Positions 21,303 through 31,221 of a stretch of 64,000 nt of DNA are shown piece after piece (position 1 is the first letter of the stretch; every line of letters starts with the position of its first letter). The notes under the pieces are model-generated. The model did no database searches. It was given only the letters and a program-made list of their open reading frames with translations, and had not been told where the DNA came from. The stretch is taken from positions 169,994 through 233,993 of the forward strand of contig JBFXEV010000001.1 in assembly GCA_050179755.1 (NCBI GenBank), given 5' to 3'. Source of the stretch: Candidatus Babeliales bacterium. Its GTDB lineage: Bacteria > Babelota > Babeliae > Babelales > JBFXEV01. Made by a program: the position numbers and the translations under genes.

Positions 21303-22037
21303 TTATATCATTGACCGGATCATGCCTAGTCCAACAACAAAAGCCTGCTTTGCCCGCAACACCGTAGGCGTCAATTTACAAAAAACAACACCCTTTTTTC
21401 GCAAGACATCCTTTTCATTAATAGAAAGATCTGCCTCCGGGCCAATAATAAGAGTGATGGCTTTACTATTTTTCTTCTTTTTTAATTCTGAAATCACTTC
21501 ATAAGCGGATTTACCATCCGCATCAAAAAAGATCACGTCACCAGAAAGTTGTTTTATAACTTCATCAAATGTAATAGGCGCATGCAATCGTGGCATTGCA
21601 AACTGCTTTGATTGTTCACATGCTGCAATCATTATAGCATGAAGCCTCTCAAACTCTTTTGTTCCTGCCCATGCCCGGTGCACTTTTTCTGTAAACATTA
21701 ATTGAACTGAATTTGCACCAAGTTCAATAGCTGCATAAAGAACTTCTTCCAAAGCGTCACGCTTAAGTACTGGCACAATACAATTAACTTCTGGTAAAAG
21801 TTGCCGGACAATTTCAACATTTTGCACCGTAACTACACAGTGCTTTTTATCAAGAATAGTAATTACTACCTCAATGACAAATACGCCATCAAACAAAGTA
21901 AATGTTTCGCCAACGTTCAAACGCAATACTTTGTTAATTCGTTGCAATAAGGCCGCATCTGTTAGAACAATCTGTTTTTGATCTTTTATTAGCTGCTTAT
22001 AATAGAATGCAAACTCATGCTTAGCCGATGTGCTCAT
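21303..22037 (-). CDS. rsmE: 16S rRNA m3U1498 methyltransferase
   Basis: KVLRL, ELGA, AACEQS, IIGPE, LRA motifs. Confidence 0.88.
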   Translation of the reverse strand: MSTSAKHEFAFYYKQLIKDQKQIVLTDAALLQRINKVLRLNVGETFTLFDGVFVIEVVITILDKKHCVVTVQNVEIVRQLLPEVNCIVPVLKRDALEEVLYAAIELGANSVQLMFTEKVHRAWAGTKEFERLHAIMIAACEQSKQFAMPRLHAPITFDEVIKQLSGDVIFFDADGKSAYEVISELKKKKNSKAITLIIGPEADLSINEKDVLRKKGVVFCKLTPTVLRAKQAFVVGLGMIRSMI

Positions 22038-22389
22038 TAAGTACCCATGATTTAAATCTTACTACATTAGTACGAACACGTGCCCACATATTTTCAATAT
22101 AACTGCGCATTGCAAGATACCCAATAAGCATTTTAAGACCAAATTGCCGCATGAGAATAGTCGCTTGTGAAGGAGGCGTTGGTTTTTCGGCGAATTCTTC
22201 TAAAGCTTCAATTTCTTCTTCTTCCGCATCGTGCTTATGTATTTCTAATTGTTCATCATCATCTACTTCTAGAATATCTGTGAATTCAAAATCTGATGAC
22301 TCGCCATCAATGATCAGATTTTCATTGTCTGCATACATCGCAATAAAAAAGTTTAGGCAAATGAAATGAAATAAAAATTTTTTATTCAT
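22021..22389 (-). CDS. Small acidic exported hypothetical protein
   Basis: GGAG RBS before ATG 22389 (MNKKFLFHF...); signal-like N-terminus. Confidence 0.6.
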   Translation of the reverse strand: MNKKFLFHFICLNFFIAMYADNENLIIDGESSDFEFTDILEVDDDEQLEIHKHDAEEEEIEALEEFAEKPTPPSQATILMRQFGLKMLIGYLAMRSYIENMWARVRTNVVRFKSWVLNEHIG

Positions 22390-22578
22390 ATGAACTCCAC
22401 ATAAAAGATTTATCTTTACAATATTATAAATAAAAATTAGCATATCAAATTCAAAAAAATTGACGAGAAATAATTGACAATCACTTTTCTCTTGATATGA
22501 TGCTACTATACCATATATACTGATAATAGAAAAACGTAGAACATTAATAAGCATATTTTCTTAACAGAAAGGAATCGT

Positions 22579-23460
22579 ATGAAACATCTTTGCAGAGCGT
22601 TGTCTCTTGCTACACTTTTCTGTGCATCACTTGCACAGGCAAACCACTTTGACAATAACAATTTGTCATTGAATGTTGGTCCAACATTCAACTATGCGCG
22701 GTTTAGATTCTTCCAACAAGATGGTGATACTATCACAAGATTACCTGGAAATACTACTGGCTATATGGCTGGTATTCATGCCGATTTGACATATCAAGCA
22801 TGTTGCGGTGTATTTGCACGTCTTCGTTTTGATGGCAGATGGAATGCAGGTAATTTTAACCGTAATTTCTTATTTGGTACTGAAACGTTCTTTAGAAGCG
22901 ACCGTTTCAAAGTAAGAGACTATCGTCCAGAATTTAACATTGGTTACACATTTGCATTTGGCGATTGCTGTGATTTCTCAGTAACTCCATATACTGGTGT
23001 GGGCCTTATCCAATTGCAAGTAAACAGAAGATTCCCTGATACTACAGGAGTAATTGATCCAGCAATAGCACGTGACACTCGTCGCAGAGACGTATACGTA
23101 CCAGTTGGTGTGCAACTTGATTGGGCGCGTAGCGAATGTTTTGGCATTGGTTTAAATGCTGAGTATCGTATTGGTGTGTGGAATCGTTTTGAAAGAAACT
23201 TCTTTAATACCGCGACAACAAGACAACGCATCAGAACTCGCAGAGCAGATAGCTTCTTAGTTGAAGTTCCATTAACATGGCAAAAAGAAACATGCCATTG
23301 CTTTGACTGGCAGTTCCGCGTAGTTCCTTACTTTGATTGGACTCGTTGGGGCGGATTGCGCCGTGATGAACCAGTCGTTACGCCACCTTTAACTACAGCT
23401 GACGCACGTCTTCGTATGTGGTATGTAGGTTTACACATCGACTTTGGTGTTAACTTCTAA
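22579..23460 (+). CDS. Cys-rich outer-membrane beta-barrel protein
   Basis: Signal peptide, alternating aromatic/hydrophobic strands, C-terminal Phe (DFGVNF), CC pairs in turns. Confidence 0.75.
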   Translation: MKHLCRALSLATLFCASLAQANHFDNNNLSLNVGPTFNYARFRFFQQDGDTITRLPGNTTGYMAGIHADLTYQACCGVFARLRFDGRWNAGNFNRNFLFGTETFFRSDRFKVRDYRPEFNIGYTFAFGDCCDFSVTPYTGVGLIQLQVNRRFPDTTGVIDPAIARDTRRRDVYVPVGVQLDWARSECFGIGLNAEYRIGVWNRFERNFFNTATTRQRIRTRRADSFLVEVPLTWQKETCHCFDWQFRVVPYFDWTRWGGLRRDEPVVTPPLTTADARLRMWYVGLHIDFGVNF

Positions 23461-23513
23461 ACTGTAAATAAATATAAAGCACAGTCCAAACCCTGCGCTT
23501 TAATAAAATCCGT

Positions 23514-23547
23514 AAAAGCCACTCAGAATATTCTGAGTGGCTTTTTT
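23514..23547 (+). terminator. Intrinsic terminator
   Basis: AAAAGCCACTCAGAAT/ATTCTGAGTGGCTTTTTT perfect hairpin with T-run. Confidence 0.85.
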
Positions 23548-23589
23548 AATTTTATACCTAACGCTCACCCACTCAGAAAAAGGAACATT

Positions 23590-25101
23590 ATGCACGCACC
23601 TACCATGCTAGTAATTTTAGATGGCTTTGGATGGAGTACCAACACCGCGCATAACGCAATCGCCACAGCACATACGCCACATCTTGATTATTTGCTTGCA
23701 CATTATCCGCACACGCTACTTAAAGCATCAGGCACCGCTGTAGGCTTACCTCATGATACCATTGGTAATTCAGAAGTTGGTCATGAAACTATTGGCGCAG
23801 GGCGCATTATACCTCAAGCATTCGCTCGCATACATACCGCAGTTGAAAATGGAAGTTTAAAAAAAAATCCGGTAATACAGCAACAATTTTTGGCACTTGC
23901 ACGTTCAGGCCACGCATTACATTTTGCAGGATTGCTTTCTGATGCTGGCGTGCATAGCCATATTGAACATCTGTTTGCACTTCTTACTTGTGCAAAAGAA
24001 TATGAAATAAAAAAAGTATATATTCATGGCTTTCTCGATGGGCGTGACGTTGCACCAGAAACTGCTTCTTATTATCTTACTGAACTGCAAGCATATTGTG
24101 ATCAATTAAAAATTGGCACGCTTGCAAGCATTATTGGCAGATTCTATCCCATGGACCGTGACCACAATTGGGATCGCACTGAAATTGCCTATGATCTTAT
24201 GACAGAATCTCAGCACAGTGATTATCACACGTGGCAACAAGCACTCAACGCCTATTATCACAATAATATCACCGATGAGTTTATACCACCCACACAACTT
24301 GACGCCCAAGGCATACTAAAAGATGGAGACGGTCTTCTCTTTTTTAATTTTCGGCCAGATCGTGCGCGCCAATTACATGCGTGCTTTGCGTATCCACAAT
24401 CAGTACCATTTCCAACACGTAATCTACATCTTGCGTTTTGCAGTACCATGACTTCTTATGATAGGCAGATGCCAAAGCAGAGCGTGTTATTCCCTAAAGA
24501 ACCAATCCCGCATACGCTTAAAGAAGTTTTAAGCACGCATAATAAAACAGTATTTTCTATTGCAGAAACAGAAAAATATGCGCATATCACCTACTTTTTT
24601 GGTGGTGGTTCAGAGCATGCGTTCCCCCATGAAACACAAATACTCATACCATCCATCCCAGCAAAAAATTATATAGAGCTTGCGTGCATGTCAGCCCCTG
24701 AGATAACCAAAACAGTTATAGATTCACTCACAACTAGTCCACAAGACTTTTATCTTATCAATTATGCAAATGCGGATATGGTTGGCCATTCAGGAGATTT
24801 TCAAGCAACTGTCAAAGCCATTGAATGTCTTGATGAACAATTAGGAATACTTTATGATACGGTTGTTACTAAATTAAACGGCACCCTCTATATTACTGGG
24901 GATCATGGCAAAGCAGAAAATATGTATGATGAAAAAGCGCAACAACCAAAAACTGCACATACTAATAATCCTGTACCTTTTATAATGGCACAACAAAAAT
25001 TAAAAGGGCAAGTTCATACACTTGCCCTTACGCAATTAAAAGATATTGCACCGTTTATACTTAAGAACCTGGGATTACCTATTCCTCTTGAAATGGAATA
25101 A
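23590..25101 (+). CDS. gpmI: 2,3-bisphosphoglycerate-independent phosphoglycerate mutase
   Basis: LVILDGFG, GNSEVGH, DGRDV, NFRPDRARQ, AETEKYAH, ADMVGH, DHG. Confidence 0.96.
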   Translation: MHAPTMLVILDGFGWSTNTAHNAIATAHTPHLDYLLAHYPHTLLKASGTAVGLPHDTIGNSEVGHETIGAGRIIPQAFARIHTAVENGSLKKNPVIQQQFLALARSGHALHFAGLLSDAGVHSHIEHLFALLTCAKEYEIKKVYIHGFLDGRDVAPETASYYLTELQAYCDQLKIGTLASIIGRFYPMDRDHNWDRTEIAYDLMTESQHSDYHTWQQALNAYYHNNITDEFIPPTQLDAQGILKDGDGLLFFNFRPDRARQLHACFAYPQSVPFPTRNLHLAFCSTMTSYDRQMPKQSVLFPKEPIPHTLKEVLSTHNKTVFSIAETEKYAHITYFFGGGSEHAFPHETQILIPSIPAKNYIELACMSAPEITKTVIDSLTTSPQDFYLINYANADMVGHSGDFQATVKAIECLDEQLGILYDTVVTKLNGTLYITGDHGKAENMYDEKAQQPKTAHTNNPVPFIMAQQKLKGQVHTLALTQLKDIAPFILKNLGLPIPLEME

Positions 25102-25948
25102 GAGCTACATGATGATCATAATATTCTGCGAGTTTTTTATACACATATACGTTTGCAAGAAGCACAAAGGGTATCATAAGCGCTACGCAAAAAAGTGCAC
25201 ATAACGCCAAAAACGTGGGAACAATTGCTGCGATATACCATCCTTGACTCACTGCAGTAACTGCAGCTGCTAGATTTAATATGGCAATAAAACTAAATAT
25301 GACAGGTATTAATCCCAAAAGTATTTCAAAAATAATGATACGCAGCACTGACCCGCGCGTTATCTCGTAACTGCGCACCAAAGAAGCAATGGCAGTGCTT
25401 TTTGTATCAACAATTGGGTAAGGGTAAAACCCCAATCGCGCGTTGAGAATTATCCAAAGAATGAACAAAACAATAGACATTATAAAGCTAACCATCGTCA
25501 AAGTCGCACCCGTTATTCCAACAATTACACCAATAAGCGCAAGCGGAAGAGCGCATACCAAAATAAGTAGCAGTAGGCAAAGGGAAAAAAGAATAAAAGC
25601 AAAAAGATAGGTAAGTACTAAATTGAATGAAGAAAATAAACGCATAACTTCGCTTGTGTTGCGTTCGTAAATATCAAATAGCACCCGCAGAAGGCCAAGG
25701 CGGATCATGCCAATCGTACAAAGCGTCACCGCCAACATATACCCAAAAGTAAGCACTAGAGGAATAACAGAAAGATAACTGTTTTGAGTCATCTTAAGAA
25801 ATAAACCAAGTGGCACAAAGCCTAAAGAAAGCACAAGTTCCACTATAAATACAACAATCGCAACTTTGAGCAATAAAAAAAGATGCTCAATAGATTTGCT
25901 CCAGCCAAATTTAAAGGCCTCACGAATAGAAAATGCTTTACCTAACAT
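25079..25948 (-). CDS. Integral membrane protein (DUF975-like topology)
   Basis: Six to seven hydrophobic helices; SL.RSYEITRG motif; AAGGAG RBS before ATG 25948. Confidence 0.7.
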   Translation of the reverse strand: MLGKAFSIREAFKFGWSKSIEHLFLLLKVAIVVFIVELVLSLGFVPLGLFLKMTQNSYLSVIPLVLTFGYMLAVTLCTIGMIRLGLLRVLFDIYERNTSEVMRLFSSFNLVLTYLFAFILFSLCLLLLILVCALPLALIGVIVGITGATLTMVSFIMSIVLFILWIILNARLGFYPYPIVDTKSTAIASLVRSYEITRGSVLRIIIFEILLGLIPVIFSFIAILNLAAAVTAVSQGWYIAAIVPTFLALCALFCVALMIPFVLLANVYVYKKLAEYYDHHVALIPFQEE

Positions 25949-26116
25949 AGACACTCCTTTTGAATAACATACCGCTTTATAACTACTTGTAGTATACCAA
26001 ATGGGAAAATCAAAGCGCAATGACCCAAAACGCTGCCATAGAGATTTGCCAACAATGAAATTGCGCTTTAAACTCTTAAAGGTGAAACTCTCATAGATTT
26101 GAAAGGAACATGCCCC

Positions 26117-27322
26117 ATGAAAGATTCTAATCCGCAAGCCTGTTGGTTTAAACTTTCCGTTCTCTTTTTTTTTGCGCTATCTAAACCACTACAGGCAAGA
26201 ACACTTTTGATGATAGAAGGCAATACGGGCGCTGGCAAAACAACACTTTCTCGACTTATTGAACGTGAATTACATGCACATATTATTGAAGAGCCCATTG
26301 AAAAATGGCGCAAAGTTGGTGATACGGGCAACTTGCTCGATCTTCACTTAAATCAACGTAATCGTTGGGGCTACACATTCCAAACATATGCGTGCTCTAC
26401 ATTTATGCAAGCATGTTTAGAAGCAGATCAAACAATAGAACTTCATGTTTCAGATAGATCTGCCTATTCGGGTATATACTGTTTTTCGCGCATGATGATG
26501 GAAGAAGGTTCACTCACTCCGCTTGAATGGTATATTTATAAAGAACGTTTTGAATGGCTTACTGATTTACTCCCATGCAAAGCAGATGGTTTTATTTATT
26601 TACGCACAACGCCAGCCAATTGCATGGAACGAGCAAATACTCGCCATAGACCAGAAGAGTCGGCATTAACTATGGATTTCTTTGAACCGCTTCATCGCTT
26701 TCATGAGGAATGGCTTATTGATAAAAAAAATGTTGCCCCAAACTTAAAAGATATACCAGTATTAGTGCTTGATGGCAATCTTGATTTTAAATGTGATCCT
26801 TCAATACAAAAACAATTTATTGAGCAAATAAAAATTTTTATACAAGAAGTTAACACTTATAAACACGCAAACATTACCACACCACCAGAACAAATACCAT
26901 TTGGAACAAATATGATAGATCATACCTCTTTTGCTGTACATAATTATGCACAAAGCCTCACGTTTTATGATGCAACGCTTGATTGCCTTGGTTATGAACG
27001 TATATTCACTATAGACATGGAGCACGTTCAAACAGCAGGTTACGGTACTAATGGAAAACCTTCATTTTGGATAAGCCCTATGGGCAAAGAGAATGAAGAA
27101 ATTGGCAAAGCGCGCGGCGTGCATGTTGCCTTTTTGGCGCATTCAGTCGAAGAAGTGCAAGATTGGTATGCAAAATGTTTAGAACTGGGCGGCACTGATA
27201 ATGGCAAACCAGGACCACGGCCTGAATATCACCCCGGTTATTATGGTGCATTTATTGTTGATCCTAATGGCTGGCGCATTGAAGCATGCCTGCATGATTA
27301 TAATCCCTCAACTAGTCGCTAA
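26117..27322 (+). CDS. Deoxynucleoside kinase fused to VOC/glyoxalase domain
   Basis: IEGNTGAGKTT, EPIEKW, FQ, DRS, RHRPEE; then MIDH...HVAFLA...GGTDNGKPGPRPEYHPGYYGAFIVDPNG. Confidence 0.88.
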   Translation: MKDSNPQACWFKLSVLFFFALSKPLQARTLLMIEGNTGAGKTTLSRLIERELHAHIIEEPIEKWRKVGDTGNLLDLHLNQRNRWGYTFQTYACSTFMQACLEADQTIELHVSDRSAYSGIYCFSRMMMEEGSLTPLEWYIYKERFEWLTDLLPCKADGFIYLRTTPANCMERANTRHRPEESALTMDFFEPLHRFHEEWLIDKKNVAPNLKDIPVLVLDGNLDFKCDPSIQKQFIEQIKIFIQEVNTYKHANITTPPEQIPFGTNMIDHTSFAVHNYAQSLTFYDATLDCLGYERIFTIDMEHVQTAGYGTNGKPSFWISPMGKENEEIGKARGVHVAFLAHSVEEVQDWYAKCLELGGTDNGKPGPRPEYHPGYYGAFIVDPNGWRIEACLHDYNPSTSR

Positions 27323-27610
27323 GCTCCGCGCCGCAGCGCCACAGCGCATGTTTTTATCCTGCCCGTGAAATTATTGGAATAAAATCGCTTCCATTTGCAC
27401 AATTACAAATATAAAATAAATCATTAATTATAATAAGAAATAGACGTTTTTATAAAATATAGTTATTCTAGATAGAGTCATACAACGCCTTGAAAAGTAA
27501 AGAATTATTAACTAATTCCAGCTATTAATGCAGAGAAGTGACAATTAGAGTGAAAGAGGCATGAATCGTGTCATCTTTAATTTTTTTATCTATTACAGAG
27601 AAGGTTTTTC

Positions 27611-28144
27611 ATGAAACAAAAACTCCTTATACTGATCGCATCAACTGTTATGACACTTTCATCAGTTAATGCTGAACCTATTCTTAATCCACAAAGAAAA
27701 GCTGAAGTAACAGAAGTATTTCAAAACCTCAATACGAATGCTCCAGATGAAGCAAAACAATATTATAAGCTTTGGTATACTAATTTTCTGACTATGTCAG
27801 ATCTTTACATCCAATATGCAGATTTAGTAATACAAGATCCTGAGCAAGCAAATAATGAATTGAAAATTAAGTTATTTAACGACATGGCATCAATTTCACT
27901 AAATTTCCAATCTAAAATCCTAGAAATATGCTTGGAGGATGGAAAACGCAACCGCGTTGAGCATTTTGATAAATCTACTAAAGGTAGACGTTTACATGAA
28001 ATTACGGGTTGTTTAGATTACGTATTGGAAAGCCAATTAGCAACAATATGTGATAAGAATTGTCCTCTCCGTTTAGAAGAAAGACGTGCTGCCGTAATTG
28101 AATTAAAGAATCACATGCTAAGCCTTAAAAACTTAGTAGAATAG
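27611..28144 (+). CDS. Exported hypothetical protein
   Basis: Signal peptide (MKQKLLILIA...VNA); followed by a terminator. Confidence 0.75.
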   Translation: MKQKLLILIASTVMTLSSVNAEPILNPQRKAEVTEVFQNLNTNAPDEAKQYYKLWYTNFLTMSDLYIQYADLVIQDPEQANNELKIKLFNDMASISLNFQSKILEICLEDGKRNRVEHFDKSTKGRRLHEITGCLDYVLESQLATICDKNCPLRLEERRAAVIELKNHMLSLKNLVE

Positions 28145-28183
28145 TTCCTAATTTATACAACTCATTTATTTTTAAAAAATTGT

Positions 28184-28214
28184 AAGGGCAGGGAATAAAT
28201 CACCTGCCCTTTTT
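28184..28214 (+). terminator. Intrinsic terminator
   Basis: AAGGGCAGG...CCTGCCCTTTTT. Confidence 0.75.
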
Positions 28215-28264
28215 CATACAAACTTATTAACTGCTTCGCCATGAGCGCATTAATTAAAGGCCTC

Positions 28265-28780
28265 TTAATTCATGGTAAGAGCTTGTTTTAGTTCGCGCTT
28301 AAACTTATATTGGCCATTATCAAAAACCTCTAGTGAGGCTTGTTCACCCTTTCTAAGATTCACTGGAGCTTGATACCATCCACTGTTTATATGACGCCAC
28401 TTAAAAGTTTGAATGCCAGAATGCTCTACGGTAAAAGTAACTGATTGGGGATCCCAATACGATTGATACGGCGCAATAGACGTTTTTGTCTTAGCATTTT
28501 TGCTATTTACCGTATCTGGATCTGTATAACTTTCCAATACCATACAGCGGGCCATATTGTATACCTTAAGTGAAGATTTAGACGCTTTGTCAAGCCAATA
28601 CACCGCTGCAACAAAGCTGGCACAAAACGCAATAGTAACTAGCACCGATTCATCATCTTTTGCCATGTTCCATGCATAATCAAGTATGCCTTGACCACGA
28701 GCATGAGACTCCATGCTTTTAGCTGGCAATGCAATGCTTGTTAAAAACACTATCATGCTAAGTTTTTTAATCATCTTCAT
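28265..28780 (-). CDS. Exported/membrane-anchored hypothetical protein (shared-leader cassette gene 4)
   Basis: Leader PAKSME...GILDYAWNMAKD plus hydrophobic segment. Confidence 0.7.
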   Translation of the reverse strand: MKMIKKLSMIVFLTSIALPAKSMESHARGQGILDYAWNMAKDDESVLVTIAFCASFVAAVYWLDKASKSSLKVYNMARCMVLESYTDPDTVNSKNAKTKTSIAPYQSYWDPQSVTFTVEHSGIQTFKWRHINSGWYQAPVNLRKGEQASLEVFDNGQYKFKRELKQALTMN

Positions 28781-28791
28781 AAGCGTTCCTT

Positions 28792-30117
28792 TTACTTAAT
28801 TTTAATACTAGTAAGATGCTTAATCAATGTCCAAATAATGCCATCTTTAATGCGAGAAGCATTAGCTCCAGAATCGGCAACACTATATTCAATAATGCCA
28901 TGATGCTTATGCACCACAAGCGTGATCCAATGCCGGCTTCCAGAAACCGATCCGGGCTTGCCGCTCATAAGACCAACCACAAAAGCGTGTATAAAATCAT
29001 CTACTTTTGCAAGACGCTCAGCTATCTCGATAATTTCTTTATATTCTCCTTCACCTTGATTCAAGAGCGGCACGTTATCAATAATAGTTATGCCATCAAA
29101 ATGAACTGGTAAATCTGCAAGCAATCCACCAACTTGCTGTTCATGCTTAAGTAAAAGGCCAATTTCATTTTCATTGACCCAATCACCTTGTGCATCAAAC
29201 TTGTTATCAGGATGTGCTGCATTATACTGTTGAAGCGCTTCAGCTTTTGAAATTTCAAATATATGTTCAGCATTTATTGTATTTTCGGGCACATATAATG
29301 CAAGCGCCTCATCACTTTTTGCATAGGCCACAAAATCAAAATTCTCGAGCCCTTCAATATCACCTTTCATAATTCGCTGAGACTTTTTGACTGCGTCAAT
29401 AAACAGAGCACGCGTGATAGTAATTTTTGTGCTCGCTTCTAAAGGTTGGCCCTCAAGTGCAGAGAATAATGCTGCCACTAATTGCGGGCTTAGCTCAGTT
29501 GCTAGCACGCCTTGGTAAAAGCCACGAATTTTTGTTTTAAAACGGTCTTGTAATTTCTGATCAAGATGTTGCGCCTCAAGTGGAACTTCTACATGCTGCA
29601 CGTCATTATAAGAAATTAACAATGCATACAATTTTTGATCAATATGCCATTTGATCGCACGGCGATACGTATTTTCTAGCACTAATTTACGCCAACCGCC
29701 TTTAGGGTCTTTTTTATTAAATAACTGCTGTACAATAGAAAGATCAGTAAGCTGCGGTTGCCCTGCTTTGCCAGACAGCATGCGGCATATATAGATAGCA
29801 TTTTTTAAAGATTGATAACCACAACTTGCATCGCCACCATGATCAGCAGATCCATATTGATTAAGTACGTGCAATTGCTTAATAGTGGGCCCCCAAATGG
29901 AACCGTACACTGCACGATTAGTGCGCATTTGCTTGGCCGCATACACACCTGCTCCTGCAAGTGCGCCTACTGCAAGCAATGCACCAGAATGTTCTTTTGC
30001 AAAGTTTAATGCGCGATCAAAATAATTCTGATCGCCATCCCCTGAATCCATAGCATGAGCTGGGAATGCTATGCACCATAGAGATATAAACAAGATAATG
30101 TGTTTAACTATATTCAT
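28792..30117 (-). CDS. Exported putative cysteine protease-like effector (cassette gene 3)
   Basis: Shared leader; NQ...SCGYQSLKN near N-terminus and HWITLVV...VADS near C-terminus. Confidence 0.6.
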   Translation of the reverse strand: MNIVKHIILFISLWCIAFPAHAMDSGDGDQNYFDRALNFAKEHSGALLAVGALAGAGVYAAKQMRTNRAVYGSIWGPTIKQLHVLNQYGSADHGGDASCGYQSLKNAIYICRMLSGKAGQPQLTDLSIVQQLFNKKDPKGGWRKLVLENTYRRAIKWHIDQKLYALLISYNDVQHVEVPLEAQHLDQKLQDRFKTKIRGFYQGVLATELSPQLVAALFSALEGQPLEASTKITITRALFIDAVKKSQRIMKGDIEGLENFDFVAYAKSDEALALYVPENTINAEHIFEISKAEALQQYNAAHPDNKFDAQGDWVNENEIGLLLKHEQQVGGLLADLPVHFDGITIIDNVPLLNQGEGEYKEIIEIAERLAKVDDFIHAFVVGLMSGKPGSVSGSRHWITLVVHKHHGIIEYSVADSGANASRIKDGIIWTLIKHLTSIKIK

Positions 30118-31202
30118 TTTCGTACCTCTGTCTCATCATCTTCTAACTCATCACAGAAAGCATCTAGCTCTGCATCGCTTAACTTGCAAATTGCTTTAAT
30201 AACATTACGCGTAATTACGGGGCGATACTGCTCAATTTTTTTAGGATCAACCAGATCGCGTATTTCATCTTTTGCTTGAATTTGTATTTTACGATCTTGC
30301 AATAACGCATCTATGCTGCTCAATCGAGCATCTATTACCTTTTGAATCTCTTGCTGTAGTGACTGCATTGCGTTTGTATCTTCTTGTGCTACTTCAAGTA
30401 AATTTGCGCAAACTACTTTGGTCATCTTAAAATGATTAAGTGAACAAAACAAGGACTGTTCAAGCATGCATTGAACTGCCTGCGCATTACCCTTTTTTAC
30501 TGCTACATACAATGCTGTTTGGCCACTTGAATTCGTTAGATCAATTCGAGCGCCCCGCTCTAGAAGTTGGGGCAGCAATGCACTATGCCCTTCTTCCAAA
30601 AGCATATGTATCGCTGTATCACCATCATTAGTTTGCGCATTGAGGTCTACATGTGCTTTGCAAAACAACTGCACCACGTCGGCAGCACCAGTTCGCGCTG
30701 CCCAGTGCAACGGCGTGCAACCATCTGCATCTTTTACATACTGCCTTTGTACATTTTCAAAAATAATTTTTGCTAAGTTTGCACGATTAAAAAGAGCTGC
30801 AAAATGCAATTGCGTAAACCCATGAAAATCCTCGGGTTGCAAATGTGCGCAATCGGCAAGAATAAATGTATCAATTTTTGCATCATCTTCCACATAAGAA
30901 CTTGCAAGATCAGACTCTTTTATAAGAGCTACCAGTTCACTTTTAACGTAGTCTACGGTAAGTAATTTTTTGCTCTCTAAAGCTTGTGTAACTCGCGATT
31001 GTCTTTGAGCATTGCGCTCATGCACTGCTACCTGTGGAGTATGTTTTATTGATGGCTTAAACACAGAACTAACAGCCCTGCTAATCCTCATTTTTAAGCG
31101 ACCAAATAAACCCTTATCACCGTTGCCTGAATCCATAGCGCGGGCAGGGAAAACAATACAAAATAAGAATAAAATAAGGGTGATTTTCTTAAAAATATTC
31201 AT
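30114..31202 (-). CDS. Exported ankyrin-repeat protein (cassette gene 2)
   Basis: GFTQLHFAA, GCTPLHWAA, GDTAIH, GQTALYVAV. Confidence 0.88.
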   Translation of the reverse strand: MNIFKKITLILFLFCIVFPARAMDSGNGDKGLFGRLKMRISRAVSSVFKPSIKHTPQVAVHERNAQRQSRVTQALESKKLLTVDYVKSELVALIKESDLASSYVEDDAKIDTFILADCAHLQPEDFHGFTQLHFAALFNRANLAKIIFENVQRQYVKDADGCTPLHWAARTGAADVVQLFCKAHVDLNAQTNDGDTAIHMLLEEGHSALLPQLLERGARIDLTNSSGQTALYVAVKKGNAQAVQCMLEQSLFCSLNHFKMTKVVCANLLEVAQEDTNAMQSLQQEIQKVIDARLSSIDALLQDRKIQIQAKDEIRDLVDPKKIEQYRPVITRNVIKAICKLSDAELDAFCDELEDDETEVRK

Positions 31203-31221
31203 TTTTGAAACGCCCTTATCA

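Noticed and set aside
27323..27350. GC-rich stub resembling the 20.7/21.2 kb repeat core
   Set aside because: Match is too short and gapped to call
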